NCBI GenBank assembly: GCA_002633005.1
Contig: NMRA01000601.1
Span: 169,463-233,462 of the forward strand
DNA from: Phoronis australis
Taxonomy: Eukaryota; Animalia; Phoronida
DNA: 64,000 nt
Direction of reading: 5' to 3'
The notes below the pieces were generated by a model, which was not told the origin of the DNA, did no database searches, and was given only the letters and a program-made list of their open reading frames with translations. Shown here in pieces: positions 50,540 to 63,062 of this stretch. The first letter of the stretch is position 1; the number at the start of each line of letters is the position of its first letter. The position numbers and the translations under genes were made by a program.

Positions 50540-53500
50540 GTCAGTTGTTTCAAGCATCAGTTTACATGGGAAATGGCGTACCGAAAGAAAGGAAACGCGA
50601 GAAATTGTCACTGTGCAACATTGGTTTGCTTGATATATAACTTTTAAATTAAGACAAGGACAACTTCTTGGTTTCTACTCTATCCATGACAACAAGCTCA
50701 GGTATTCCAATTCCGACCTAATGGCGGCATGGACAGTTGTTCCATGCAGTGCGTGTTCAACGTGTGTCCGGTGGGTGAGATTCTTCGGACTGAATGGAAA
50801 GATAATAAACGTTCCCAAGTTTACGTGCATGCACGTTAAGTGATTGGATATGTCGTCAAGAAAATATTTATTTGATGATGATTGGTCGATTTGGCTTTAA
50901 TTGGTGACGAGGCCCATCAGTGTTACGAATACATCATGGCTATCTGTAGTTCTCATTATTAGGAATCTTAAAGGTATTTCAAAATTCAGTACCGAAATCG
51001 CTCATGGAGAACTTGAATGTACTATACATGTACGTGTATGTCACATTTACGACTTTGAAAGTTATTCTTTTCAACCTTTAAGTCCATGGTCAGCGAAACC
51101 GTACAAATTTTCAAAACACTTATTTTCTACATCACCCGGGCATCCGGTGATGTACTCCGCAGCCACAACTGATGTACAAGTTGTCAGTAAGTAGCACTTC
51201 ATCAACAAGTCAGTACATTTGTCTACAAATCACTACAGAATTCAACTCAGTGAAAGTACTGATTTCTGAAAGTGCATGTAGAAGCTCTGTAGAAATTGAT
51301 TTTGACCTTACACTAAACCACAACCACTTGGGTCTCGTGAAGATGTCCCTTTTCACAAAATTTAGCACAAAAGACAGTTACATGTACGTTTTTCAATAAC
51401 GTGACCAAACTTCGTTTCATATAAATGTCCAAAATAGTGTCTCAAAAACGTAGCTACAGTTTTCAAAATTGTCGCTTTGTTTTCGTTTTACGCAAGTTTT
51501 GATTCTGTTTCCTAAAAATTATAATTTCTATGTTTGATAGCCTCTTATTTCAAAGATAATTCCTCTGTCATAGTTTTGAAGAACAGTGTATGAAAGCTTT
51601 GAATCCAGACAGCCATTTTTGAGATACATGCATGATGTTCCGAATTTGGACATTTTTCTTGGAACCTACATAATCTTAACAGATCACACAGTCTTACGCT
51701 CGTGAACGCAAGCTCATTATTTATTCTCGCGCTTTGCGCCGGTGAAATACACTCTTAAAACACGGGTCTGAAAGTGTGTTTACGCTCGGCCAATAATTTT
51801 ATAAGCGTACTCGAAACCTAGTGAAAAGCGTGACGGATTACAAGAAGTACGTATCAAGGCACGCGCACTGAAGCGATTTGTACAGTAGCCCAACTGTAAC
51901 ATGCCAACATTTCCAGGGGGTCTTCGCAGGTAAAAATAAAAATGCCAGTCACAGCAGGGGTGTATGGTTGAATAAAACTTACACAGGTGTCCAAGACTTA
52001 CGTACATGTAAGTGTGGTGCCAACAGACTAACATTGGTGATGAAAATACGGATTTGTCGGTAAATATTGAGAACGGTATTCCGAATCAACGACTCATTTT
52101 ATGATGAAAAGTGCATGCACTATACTTCCCTTCGTTGGACTTTGCAACTGTCAAAAGTTATGTTTTGACATGCAGATTTTAGGCCCTATTGTGTTCCACG
52201 CGATTTTTTTTGTCTTATTCACACATATGTTGCGAATCCAGTAGATGTGACAAACACAAGAGAGAGGCTTTGGCCACAAACATACCTGTAATATAACACG
52301 TTTTAATGAGTGCGCTTCAGACTGTACAACGAAGTCGGTTCCCAGCAGGGTGTGACAAAATAAACATTTATTGGAATGAATCAAAAGTGAATTGTTCTGA
52401 CAACGACAGCGAAGATGAATAAGATATGACATATGCATTTGGTACGGTTTAAAAACCATCTGAATTATCCGAAAACATATCTTTTTAACACATATAATAC
52501 ATCCACCGTGTTACTTGTGCAAGTTTGCCTGTATCTTTTGGAAGCCACCTTGGAACGTCGTAACAACAGTCATCACTCGTCAACTGGTGAATTGATTTGT
52601 TCTTGTTTTTGTCTTTAGAAACCCAAGCTTATGAAATGCAGTCAATTTTGTTGATTAGAATTCCCATAATAAAACACTATCTAATGGCAGTCATTTTGAA
52701 AAAAATAACTGATAAACTTCTTATTTTATAATGAAAAATGTGTCAGCACACGTCAACTGAGAAATTAGTTTAATTATAAAAATTTTTTTCATTAAAGATG
52801 CAAGCTTATAAAGAATTACCGTTGCTTGGCAATAACACATTTGGTTCGATTGTCCGCAATTCCGTGCAACATAATGGCTGCCACTGTGAAAAAGTAGCTT
52901 GTAAACTTTTTATTTTCTAGTGAGAAACACTTCAAAGAATCTGTACATCAAATGTTTTTAGAATTCTTTACCTAGAAGGGTCTTGTGTACAGCGGAGTCA
53001 CATACCGGCGGACGTTATTAAAATGGGCGCCAAAATGGGTCAAAACTGAGTGTGGAATCCTTTTTTCATCACCAGGTGACAAGCTAACTAAAAATCGTAA
53101 TTGGATCTGCTACCATTTTTGGAAATCAACTTTTTGTTATCTCGTGTAGTACCTTGTATTTCTCGTTTTCGAGATCGTACTGGGCCGGTTACATTGTCCT
53201 TGTTGGAATGGTACCCGTATCTAGACATTGTAATGGCGCTGATTTTCCGGGCCCAGTGTGTCACTTTGATTCGACAATGATCAGTAATTCACACCGGCAT
53301 AACTTTTAGTGAAGTAGCGTGTGTTTTGCAGCAAATACGCGGCTTAGCTTCTTATTCAATAAGAAGATTACAAATTCAGCAAGTCACGTAAACTTCCCAA
53401 CGATAGTCACTCAGACTTCCGCTGGTTCACGTACATGTATACTGTTATAAATTCACTGGCCGTTTAATTTACTACTAACGTAATGAAAAGTGGTACGTGG

Positions 53501-53724
53501 ATACGAAATACATTTTGATTAACAGCTGAAAGCCCCACTTCTTATCTCAGTTTGAGCTATCAAAATATCTTGATATAGGAGAAAATAAACCCCATGACAA
53601 CCCAATTCGGTTTATACCTGATCATATTGCAGTGTACGACGTCACAATGCATTTGCCAACGTGGTATGTCAAGTGTGCAAACATCCCATTTGTCTCCTTT
53701 AACAAACAGCTTCGTCTTCTGAGT

Positions 53725-54963
53725 TTAACTATCCTTCCTATCACTACAGATGTCTCCACCTATCAGTGGTAACACCAGAGGCGCAAGAAAGTCGTTCCCA
53801 GTTGTTGCTCGATGGCTTATTTGGATTGGTCCGCTCATCTTTTTGCAGTAAATATACCTGGTTCTCTTGTACAAATCAGACGGGGATAATCCTTTAGAAT
53901 TTGTGATATGCACCTGGGGAAATCTTGACTTTTCGGCATTCTGTTTTTTATTGTTACATCTGACGTTTGGTCTCACTGGAAAGCACGTAGTGTGACTTCG
54001 GCTAATTACAGGATTTTGCATGTGAGGCTTCCTTGAGGTGTCGCTGCAGTCGGATGAAGTACGCAGGAAATGTGTGGAACTATAGAATGCGATGTTCTTC
54101 TCTTGTCTATTAGCTGTATTTAACTTTGCCTTGGTACTTAAGTGGTTGCTAAGGTCGGAAATATCTTGTTCACATAGCCTGCCAAATGAACAAACAACAC
54201 TGACTCAAGAGTCACTTAGGATACTACTATAATTGAAGAGGATTACGTAACACTGCAAGTATCGGCATTTAGGTGGTTTCTGGACATAGAAGTTAGAATT
54301 AAATGATTGGAAACCATGCACAGGTGAACAGTGATCATTTTCCTATTCAGTTTGTGTGGTCCGCGAGCAAGCGGTGCGTAAACTTCAAAAAGTTGCTTCG
54401 CATTGACTTCTTTGCGAGAAAGCTCTTGAAAAGATGACAATGCACAATTCTTGACACTGTTAGTTGCATAGCCACTCAAATATGACACATAAGAGAAAAC
54501 TGGTCATACAAGTGGGATGACAGAGGCAGCAATTCCAGTCTCTGGACTTGTGAGAGACTTGTTAGTTCGTTCTTTCCTAAATTATTCTGATGACGACTGT
54601 TTCAGGGCAAAGGATCAATTGATAGATGGCTTGAATAATTTTTCACAAGGACTTGGTTTATTGATTCTTTAATTAATTAATAAAACTAAAACGCACCCAT
54701 TGAAGCAATGCACTTAATACTCGCTGTTTGTATAATGAATATAAAATTTACCTTTTGTTGTCACTGTTGATTTTTGCAAGCTCGTTGACGTGTTGCCCAT
54801 CTTCATAACGTTGTGCCGATACTGATTTGGGACACGAAGATTCTCGGTGTCTGTTTAAGGGAATACGTCCTCGGCGTAACGATTTTAGCGCTACTTGGTT
54901 GATGGTGAAATAGTTATTGTCTAGTCCGTAGTTGCTTGACAACATTGTCTTGAAAGATTTTAC
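53725..54963 (-). CDS. Candidate uncharacterized spliced gene (exons 54963-54752, 54279-54247, 54178-53725), about 230 aa, 5' end unresolved
   Basis: Three AG/GT-bounded segments with matching phases (2,2) join into a stop-free frame; the last exon alone has 150 open codons. No recognisable domain. Confidence 0.5.
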
Positions 54964-55608
54964 CTATTAGAGAAGTTGACGCTCCGCTGCAAAAGTATCC
55001 CGATGATCTCTGAAATCGATTGAAACGAAATATTACAATCACATTGTACTTCAAAATTACATCATAATATGTGAAAAAGTGTCCATTTTAATTTTAAGAC
55101 GTTTGACACAGTTTACCAATAGCCTTAAAACAGTCGTTGTTTTGCGGCTTTGACTAACTTATGAAAAGTTTGAATATGTCTTTTTATTTCAATTGATTGA
55201 TAAGTTAGTTTTGAAAAAATTAATTTTCTTTCAGTTTTTGTTATTTTTTGGCATTTAATTATAGCACGCGACATGAAGTTTCAAATGACGTCTTAAAATG
55301 GGCAAATCCAAGGGTAGGCATTAGGGGCGATTTAATTGAAACGGCAATTTGAAGAAACTTTTTGCCATAGATTTTTCAAATCAACTACATGTATATCCCA
55401 ATCTCGACAATATAACTTAATCGCCAACGAGTGAGTTACAACGACGTAATTGCGATCTTGAAACTTATGTGTTTTTGAGAAGATGAAATTGCGCATTCTA
55501 ATATGATGGTGTTTTAGAATTAAAATACTTCAAATACGAAGTTCGTGACCTCCCATTTTTTATTTAATATAAAACACGACGTACGTAAAAACATCGAAGA
55601 AGAAAAGA

Positions 55609-55752
55609 CATGGGCAGCGCAGGACTGAAAACAGTGGGGGGCTAAAGCCCCCTCAGCCCCCTGTGGTGCATCGCCTGTAGACCATGGGCGGCGTAGCACT
55701 GACAAAAATGGGCTCTTTAGCCCCCCCCAGCCCTCTATGGTGCGGCGCCGTG
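55609..55752. mobile_element. Dimeric CATGGGC MITE, copy 2
   Basis: Same dimer and TAGAC junction as 14033-14166; flanks AAAGA/AAAAA. Confidence 0.8.
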
Positions 55753-58700
55753 AAAAATCGTAAAAATTGACGGCGAAACTTTTCGTGAGGTGATCACAAT
55801 CCAGAAAAAAGTTTGCATACGCCGACTCAAGAAAATCAGTTAACCGGGATACATAACTAAAGCCGTTAAAAAGAGAGTATCGGTTTTACGACCAAAAGGG
55901 CATTTTGGGGATAATCGTTGGATGTGATAGACTTTTAGAAGATAATGTCATTGACCAGAGCTTTAAAATAAAAATATGTTATATTTCTTATAAATCGCCA
56001 GTTCTCGCTGTTGTCTGCCAGACATTCACTGAAACCAATGCTGGTGTTTTTGACATTGAAACAGGCTCCAAATGCAAAGCTAACTAACTCGTGGGGGAAT
56101 TTGGTTCGCCAGCGGTAGAGCGTTCGGCTGCTACTGCTGAGTTACGCAATTAGATTCCACGCAACTGCTTTCTTCTGAAGAACTATTTTTTTGCCGATGA
56201 TGTCTCTTTAAAACATTAAACTGACATGGTGCAAATGCATTGCACTCATTAAGTGAACTGAAGATAGCTTTTCAGTAACACATGTAAATTTCCCATCGTT
56301 GCCATGGGTGCCTCTGTTTAGGCGGCTGTAACGGAGAAACTAATTCGGTATCCTTTTTGAAGACTTGTTGTAGGCAAAAGTAAATATAAAATAATATTTA
56401 AAAGAAATCAACGATACCATTAAACTGTGCTGAGCCCTTAATTTAAGACATATACATACTCAGTCCTCAGTTAATAAGATTTAAAACTGGAACATGGCAC
56501 GCGATCAAGGTTTCGACTGAACAGTACTTAACAGTGTTTATACTTTGACCAGTTTTGGATTGAACAGAACTGGTCTAACCCAGCAAAACAACAAAACATG
56601 TATCGTAAGCAACAGACACGTGACAAACATTTTGCGGTATGTACGTGTACGTACAAATTTGGAAAATTACAGCGAACTATGGGGAACCTATAAGAGTTAT
56701 TGTCTCTTACCAATTGCAGTTGTACGGTAGAGGAAAAGTCAAATGAGGAAAAAAAAACAAAAACAAAAAAATCACAAGGAATATTTCGTAAATACATGTA
56801 TATTTCAACTCGGTTGAGATTCCGTATTTCACGAAACCTACTCGTTAGCTCATCTACTAAGTGTTCACTTACAGCTGAATTTGACGGCGATCTCCACACG
56901 AAGTGCGGGAATCAAGTAACTACCGGCACTGGCTACCGGCGGTCAGATACTCTATACAAGATAAAAACATACATAGAAATAGATGTGGCCTATCACGACA
57001 CTTTAAGGCATCCTACCTGCGGCCCACTTGTCGTTTTCTTGTTTTTATACTTGTTTTCTTTTGAATCTTAGTACTTTCCGGCAGAACAGTCTCGCTAGAA
57101 GTTTTGCGTCGTTTGTCTTTGCTCAGTTATAGGTCAAATCAAATTTTAGACGGATCAACAAACACATTCCATTGACTGCCAATGTTGAGTCCGTATGAGG
57201 TATGACGCGATCTGATCCGAACAACAAAACCTTTGTCAAATTCGGCAGAAGAACCCGGTAATCAACTCGAACTGACGTCTCCTGACAATACTATTCGTTT
57301 ATCCATGCTGGGCTTCCCGTACTCGTTGCTAGGTCAGTGGTGAGCGGTTACTTGAAATTACTTTAATCCGTCGAATAATTACCGCATATCACTGAGTGAG
57401 CCCATTTTAAGCTTCCCTGACACAATAAGCTGCGCCTCAGTGATCGAGAAATTTTATGAGCAATTTTTATTGTTACTTTGTTGGCGTAAAATTTTACGTC
57501 AATCGCAGTCTGGATGCTGAGCGTGGTTTATGCCTCTAGGGCTGACTCTAGTCAACAAATGAGCTACGGGTTATTGGATGCTCAGAATAAGTTCGTTGCC
57601 AAGCGAAAAATTTACCTATCGTAAGATCTGAGAGTCACTTTATTCAAACAAATCTCCTAAAAAGCTCGGAAATCGGTGGTCGTTTGTCAATATTTTTGTT
57701 ATTTTTATTTAATTGTAGTGCGGGATTGTATGCCGTTAGAAAGTTAACTTATTCCTTTCATCGAACCCTAAAACCTAACATCAAAAAGTTTTCAAAATAA
57801 TAACCGGATATCGCGGGTGGGGGGGGGGGGGNTTTATCAAGTACAGGCTAAATTTACGGATCCGCTTCCAATGGCAATCATTTCAATCAGAGAGTCGGTG
57901 GTTTTGTGGGTGGTCCCTCAGGCGTGCCACAGTTATTGCCCCTATCTTGATGAGGTTGTTCTCTACATGAAGTAGCAGAGGCACCGATCCCTTCCTACAG
58001 GAATGCTGTACCGCAGTCTCGATGACCGGCAAAGGGGAATACCGTCGGGTCACCGAGCCTGTTGTTTCTGTGTTACCCCGAATTTGACGGCCGTGACTTT
58101 TGTTATTTGCACCAAGTCCAATGAAAAAAAAACGTTTGATAACTTTATTGGAATATTGCAGAAGCGTCAAAGTTTGAGAACAAGCTTTGAAATAACCTTA
58201 AAGTCACAAAGTGTATAAGAAAAAATACATTGTTTTTAAAAACATGTACTCGGCATATTTTGTAACCAAAGTTTTAAAAATGTAGAAATTAAAAACGTTC
58301 TGTAGTATGATGTAACTGGAGAAAGGAATGTGAACCCTTCGTAGGGAATAAGGATTACATTGGAAAAGGAACCCTTCTCAAGGCACATTCTTGTGGGAAA
58401 CTAGGTGGTAAAAGTTACCTATCTGAGCGGCACGTCCTGTGTACCTCTTGTGGGAGTCACCCGGGGACATTTTCAGGACAGGCTACCTGTAAAGCCTCCG
58501 GCAGGTCGGCGTAGAATGTTGCCGCTGACCACCTGTGAGTGAAAACTTCGGCACTCGGAAAGAAGCTAGAGTATCGTTCCAAGGCCAAAAGTGGTCATAG
58601 GCGGGGGGGGGGGGGGGNNNNNNNNNNNNNNNNNNNNNNNNNNNNNNNNNNNNNNNNNNNNNNNNAGGTGGACGGAAAATATATGACGGGAACGAGGGAT

Positions 58701-59820
58701 TACACATGTAGTTGTATCGAGCAAATTTACACATTTCAAGATCAAGCTGTAGTCACTTTCCTGATGAGAACACTGAGTCTGTTAATTGCCCCGTATGCAA
58801 TTTCTGTCTTGTGCGCTGCTGCAGGAAAACTGATAGACCGATACCTATACGATTTGCATATGCACATGTACGAGTACACCATTCCTAGCTCCGGAGTGCA
58901 CCTACGTCAGAAAACGGCAAAAACTTTGTCAGTATTGCGGAGTACAGATTATTGAGGTTACGCACACTTCTGATAAGGCCTTTCTATTCTCGTATAGATT
59001 TGATTGAGTTGATGTGTAGGGCCACAACCGCGCCCTCTACTTCCGTAGGCACCGGGAATTTTCCTGTAAATCTTATGCGTGCGTTCGTGTAAGTCATCAG
59101 CAAATAATGACTGATAAGCCAACAGTACAAGAAAGGTTGTGCAAATTTGTTTTCGCTTCACTGACAATCCACTTTAAGGTTGAAACGAATGATTATCAAA
59201 GCTTAAATGTCGTAAACACGACGGACACGTATAATACATTCAAGGTCTTCACGAACCACTTCGGCATTGAATGAAACCTTAAAAAGTAGTCAAAAATATA
59301 AAGTCCTTCCGATTCGTAATAGTAGTGAATATTACAAAGTGTCATGATCTTTTCGTAACAAAATATCCGCTATTTGCCACGGGCTTCATCGACAACTGAA
59401 GCTAAAAAGTGCAATAGTGTCCGATCTACATGTACATTAAACAAATGTTTTCTTGAGAACAACCAATCACAATCGACGTGCATGCGAACTTGGGAACGTT
59501 AATTGTCCTTCCGTTCAGTCCACAAAAGTAGTATCCTTACACAGTGACCTCCAGTTGAACATGAATTTCATACCGTAGCATCTATGCTTTCTCCAGTTGG
59601 GTCGGAAGTGGAATTTCTAAGACTGGTTTTGTACGGATGCGAGGTAACAGCAAGAATTGAGAGATTGTGACGGTCTTCAACTGATATATATATCAAACAA
59701 AACGTTGTTGCACAGGGATAGTTTCTCTCGTTTAAGCATTGTTGCACAAAGATAGTTTCTCTCGTTGTCTTTCTTTCAATTCGCCATTGCTTAGGTAGAT
59801 TGCTGGTTGCACCGACAGGC

Positions 59821-59905
59821 TTACAGTTTTGTTGACATTTCATGAACATCACCGTTGGCTTCTTGGCCAGAAGGCCTCCTTGTGGTCATAGCCCCTGGCG
59901 GCTGG
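59821..59905 (-). CDS. SLC22 paralog B terminal exon (QPPGAMTTRRPSGQEANGDVHEMSTKL*)
   Basis: CTCTTGTCATTGCAG acceptor, phase 2. Aligns with gene A exon 11 and is followed by a homologous 3' UTR. Confidence 0.85.
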
Positions 59906-61470
59906 CTGCAATGACAAGAGCAGGAAAATGTTTCTTTTAAGTAACCGATCCAATAGTGCGTGTCAAACGATGACTCTGCACCGAATGGACAAATTGAACA
60001 ATTCCCAGGTTTCCGGTATGATCGAACTTCAAATCAAGTGATCGGTTCCCCTTACGTTACAGCCTACCACGCCCAGCGTAAAAATTAAACGGCTTATCCA
60101 ACGTTATCCGAAATTCTAACGACTGCTTGATTTTCCCTCTTTTTTCTACACTAACAACACATTTTGAACACAAGCACATTTCCCAAACAATGGATAAGTG
60201 ATTCATTCAACGCTCCAAGGCTACACTATGAATTTTTAAAGAAAGATGTTACACAATGCGTATTGTTTCTACCCCCTGCATCTGACGCACACAAGTGTAG
60301 TGGAGGTTACTGAAAAGCTTAATGTGTTATTGCGCCCCCTTTTGCCGTAGGACACGTGCAAGGTGTAAACATTCCGAGAGGTATTTCACGAGAAATAAAG
60401 CCTGTTTCAAAAAGTACATTTCAATGCTTCTATGAACTAAAGACGTCAACTCGTCTAACATGTATTTTTCAAGTTAACAGTGGTTGGATTGGCTTCATAA
60501 GTAATCCAGCCTCCCGTTCAGTAAAGCTAGGACCTAGATAAAAAGCAAGAATTCGCGAGATTACGTGGTATGTTGCCGTGAATTTTAAATGAGAACACGT
60601 GACTTTAGCTAGATTTTAGCTAAGTCCTAGCGTAGGTCCTAGCGTTATTGAACGCACGCCCGGTTTGAGGTATGTTTCAGTTATGAAAGTGGCTCCTAAA
60701 GATTTCAGACAAACATCTGGTCGTTTCGCAATTGCAGAAAACGGTTTATCCAAATAATTATCAGCGCATAAATGTCTAGGAGTGAAATTACACCAGTAAA
60801 CAGCAGTTACAAGGATATATGAATGTCCCATTCACTTTTAATCAAGTGAGCTTTAATTATTTTTCATACAAAGTTGTGTATGGCGTAATATCAAATTTCT
60901 GACTTAAAAATCTTCAGCAAGGGCTTTCCTTTACATCCACCAATTTAGATCACGTGACGAATTTTGTCAGTCGAAAGATATCACTAAAATATCAACATTC
61001 AGCTTTCAGCCCTGTTTTTGTTTGCTTTACTTTATTATTATTTTTCAAATTATTTTTTATTATTATTTTTTTCTGCTTCAGCAGAAACCTCATTACATTT
61101 GGCGGCAAGTGAGTGAGTACCCACAATGCATCATTCAGCTGTTACCACGCCGTCCATTTTAGGTATTGGTCCACCACCAAAAATAATTCTTATGCTAAAA
61201 ATCATATTGAATTCCGGTTAGTTTGAAAACATTTGGAATTATGGTGAATGAGCATTATTTGGCCTTAAGTTTTGACTGAACTAACTTGCATTAAATTCCG
61301 TTTTATGAATTGTTTTCCACTAAAATGAAGCGGAAAGAATATCAGCAAGACGCTTTTCACGAAACAGGCTCCTTGGGAATTGCCGCCCAACAATGTATAA
61401 AAGTTACAAGGGTATATCAATCTAGCAACCATATTATTAAGGAAAGTCTCGTAAATTAACGCATACGTAC

Positions 61471-61637
61471 TTCTTCTTCAGGCAAGGAATCATGGTACCA
61501 TGGAAACGATCTACGTCTTCCATAGTGTCAGGTAATGTCAGCCCCTTAGTCTCAGGTAGGAAGATGGCTGACAACCCACTGACTAAGGAGCACACACCGA
61601 AGATGACGAGTGGTGTCTCAACGGTCAGAACGTTTCC
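61471..61637 (-). CDS. SLC22 paralog B, exon 10 equivalent (GNVLTVETP...LPETKG...CLKK)
   Basis: 167 bp, TTGCAG acceptor, GTACGT donor. One amino-acid difference from gene A against several synonymous changes. Confidence 0.94.
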
Positions 61638-62057
61638 CTGCAAGAACAAAATTTGCACAATACAATTCCCATCCATTTCTAAAAATCGTTTTGCAGTATC
61701 AATCATACATCAACCGGAAGCAGTTTGTCTAGTACTTCAAAAATTGTGTCACGCAGATTTCCATCATACATTTTCATTTCTCATTCAGTTGTGAAACAAT
61801 GGAGAACAGCGGATCACTTGCAATCTCAAATTAGCAGGTGACGAACGAATGTAAAGTTGTAATAGTTGCAATAGTCTAGCAACCGTAACTCTAACGCTAG
61901 AAACCAAATTCCTCCTAGGTTAACGGAACCGAAAAATCCTTTAGATAATCCCGCACACAGTTAATTTACACACAACAGCAGTCAAAACACGCGTTGCCGT
62001 TGACAGGAGCTTTTGTATAGAAAAATGCGCCGTTTGTGACGTATATTCAAAACTTAC

Positions 62058-62239
62058 CAATAGGGCACCATATGGCGCCACTGTTCCGCCGATACTCGAT
62101 GACGTGTACAACAGGCCAAGAGCAAAACTTCGTGCAGTCGTTGGAAACAATTCCACGGAATAAATATAGAGGACAGCATATCCAGTAGAGATGGCAAATT
62201 TTCCAAACATCGCCAAGACAGTAACTAGGGCACTCAAAT
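62058..62239 (-). CDS. SLC22 paralog B, exon 9 equivalent (DLSALVTVLAMFGKF...ELFPTTARS...GALL)
   Basis: 182 bp, GCGCAG acceptor, GTAAGT donor. Confidence 0.94.
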
Positions 62240-62847
62240 CTGCGCAATAAAAACATAAAGTGCTAAACTGGGAACCTTAACACAAATTATTTGACCATTC
62301 CCAAATATTTGCTTGAAATTACGAAACTTTGCGAAAACTGTATGAGCACGCGAGTTACATTTACCGTAAAATATCGCAAACACTGCCATGATTTTATAAA
62401 TATGTACGTGGGCGCCCTTAACGGATGCACTTTCATTTTTTAATCAGGAAACACGTTATTTCGCCTATTAGACCATGTCTGACATTTCAGTTATTTTAGC
62501 ACGGGCGCCGATTTTTATTATTCATTATTTGCCTATAATGGCCAAACAACATTTTTTTAACTTCGACAGTTTGCAATTGTCGTCATTGCCGATTGACAGA
62601 CACAAGTAACGAAGACACAATCCGATATCGAGTGTAAGCATATGGTCTCGTGTATTCAGCAACGTTGCATTTATAAACATTCTAACAAAGATTTCCGTGA
62701 AATGTTCATAAGACTTTTGAATGAATTGGGTTCCGTTTCATCAAAGTGCTTTGTACTGCTCGAATCTAAGACGGTCTCGGATTGCTGTAATTAGTGACAC
62801 AAGACAAATAATGCACTTCATGACAAGGTGCTGCTGAAAGTTATTAC

Positions 62848-63062
62848 CTGGAGGCACGACAACAGACAGTATCAGAGCGATCCCTGCCACTGCTAGGCAA
62901 GTTACAGTCGACAGTCTCCTTCCCGCGTAAACCAGAAGGAAGTACGAGACCACGTAAGCAGCGCCCTCCACGGCTCCTGATATGACGAAGTTCAAAAAGT
63001 CGTTTCCAGCTAGATTCGATGTCCCGTATGATAACCCGAAGTAAACCATGTTTGTGAACAAC
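62848..63062 (-). CDS. SLC22 paralog B, exon equivalent to exon 8; upstream exons lie beyond the window
   Basis: 215 bp, AG/GT boundaries, 4 amino-acid differences from gene A exon 8. Confidence 0.94.

Noticed and set aside
57883-58471. Possible two-exon mini-gene on the minus strand (MSPGDSHKR...|ETTGSVTRR...RLSD*)
   Set aside because: The phases fit but the acceptor lacks a pyrimidine tract and the peptide has no recognisable features.
58600-58665. Poly-G runs as G-quadruplex elements (also about 38874 and 57820)
   Set aside because: They abut Ns and lie in or near MITE G-tracts, so their lengths are unreliable.
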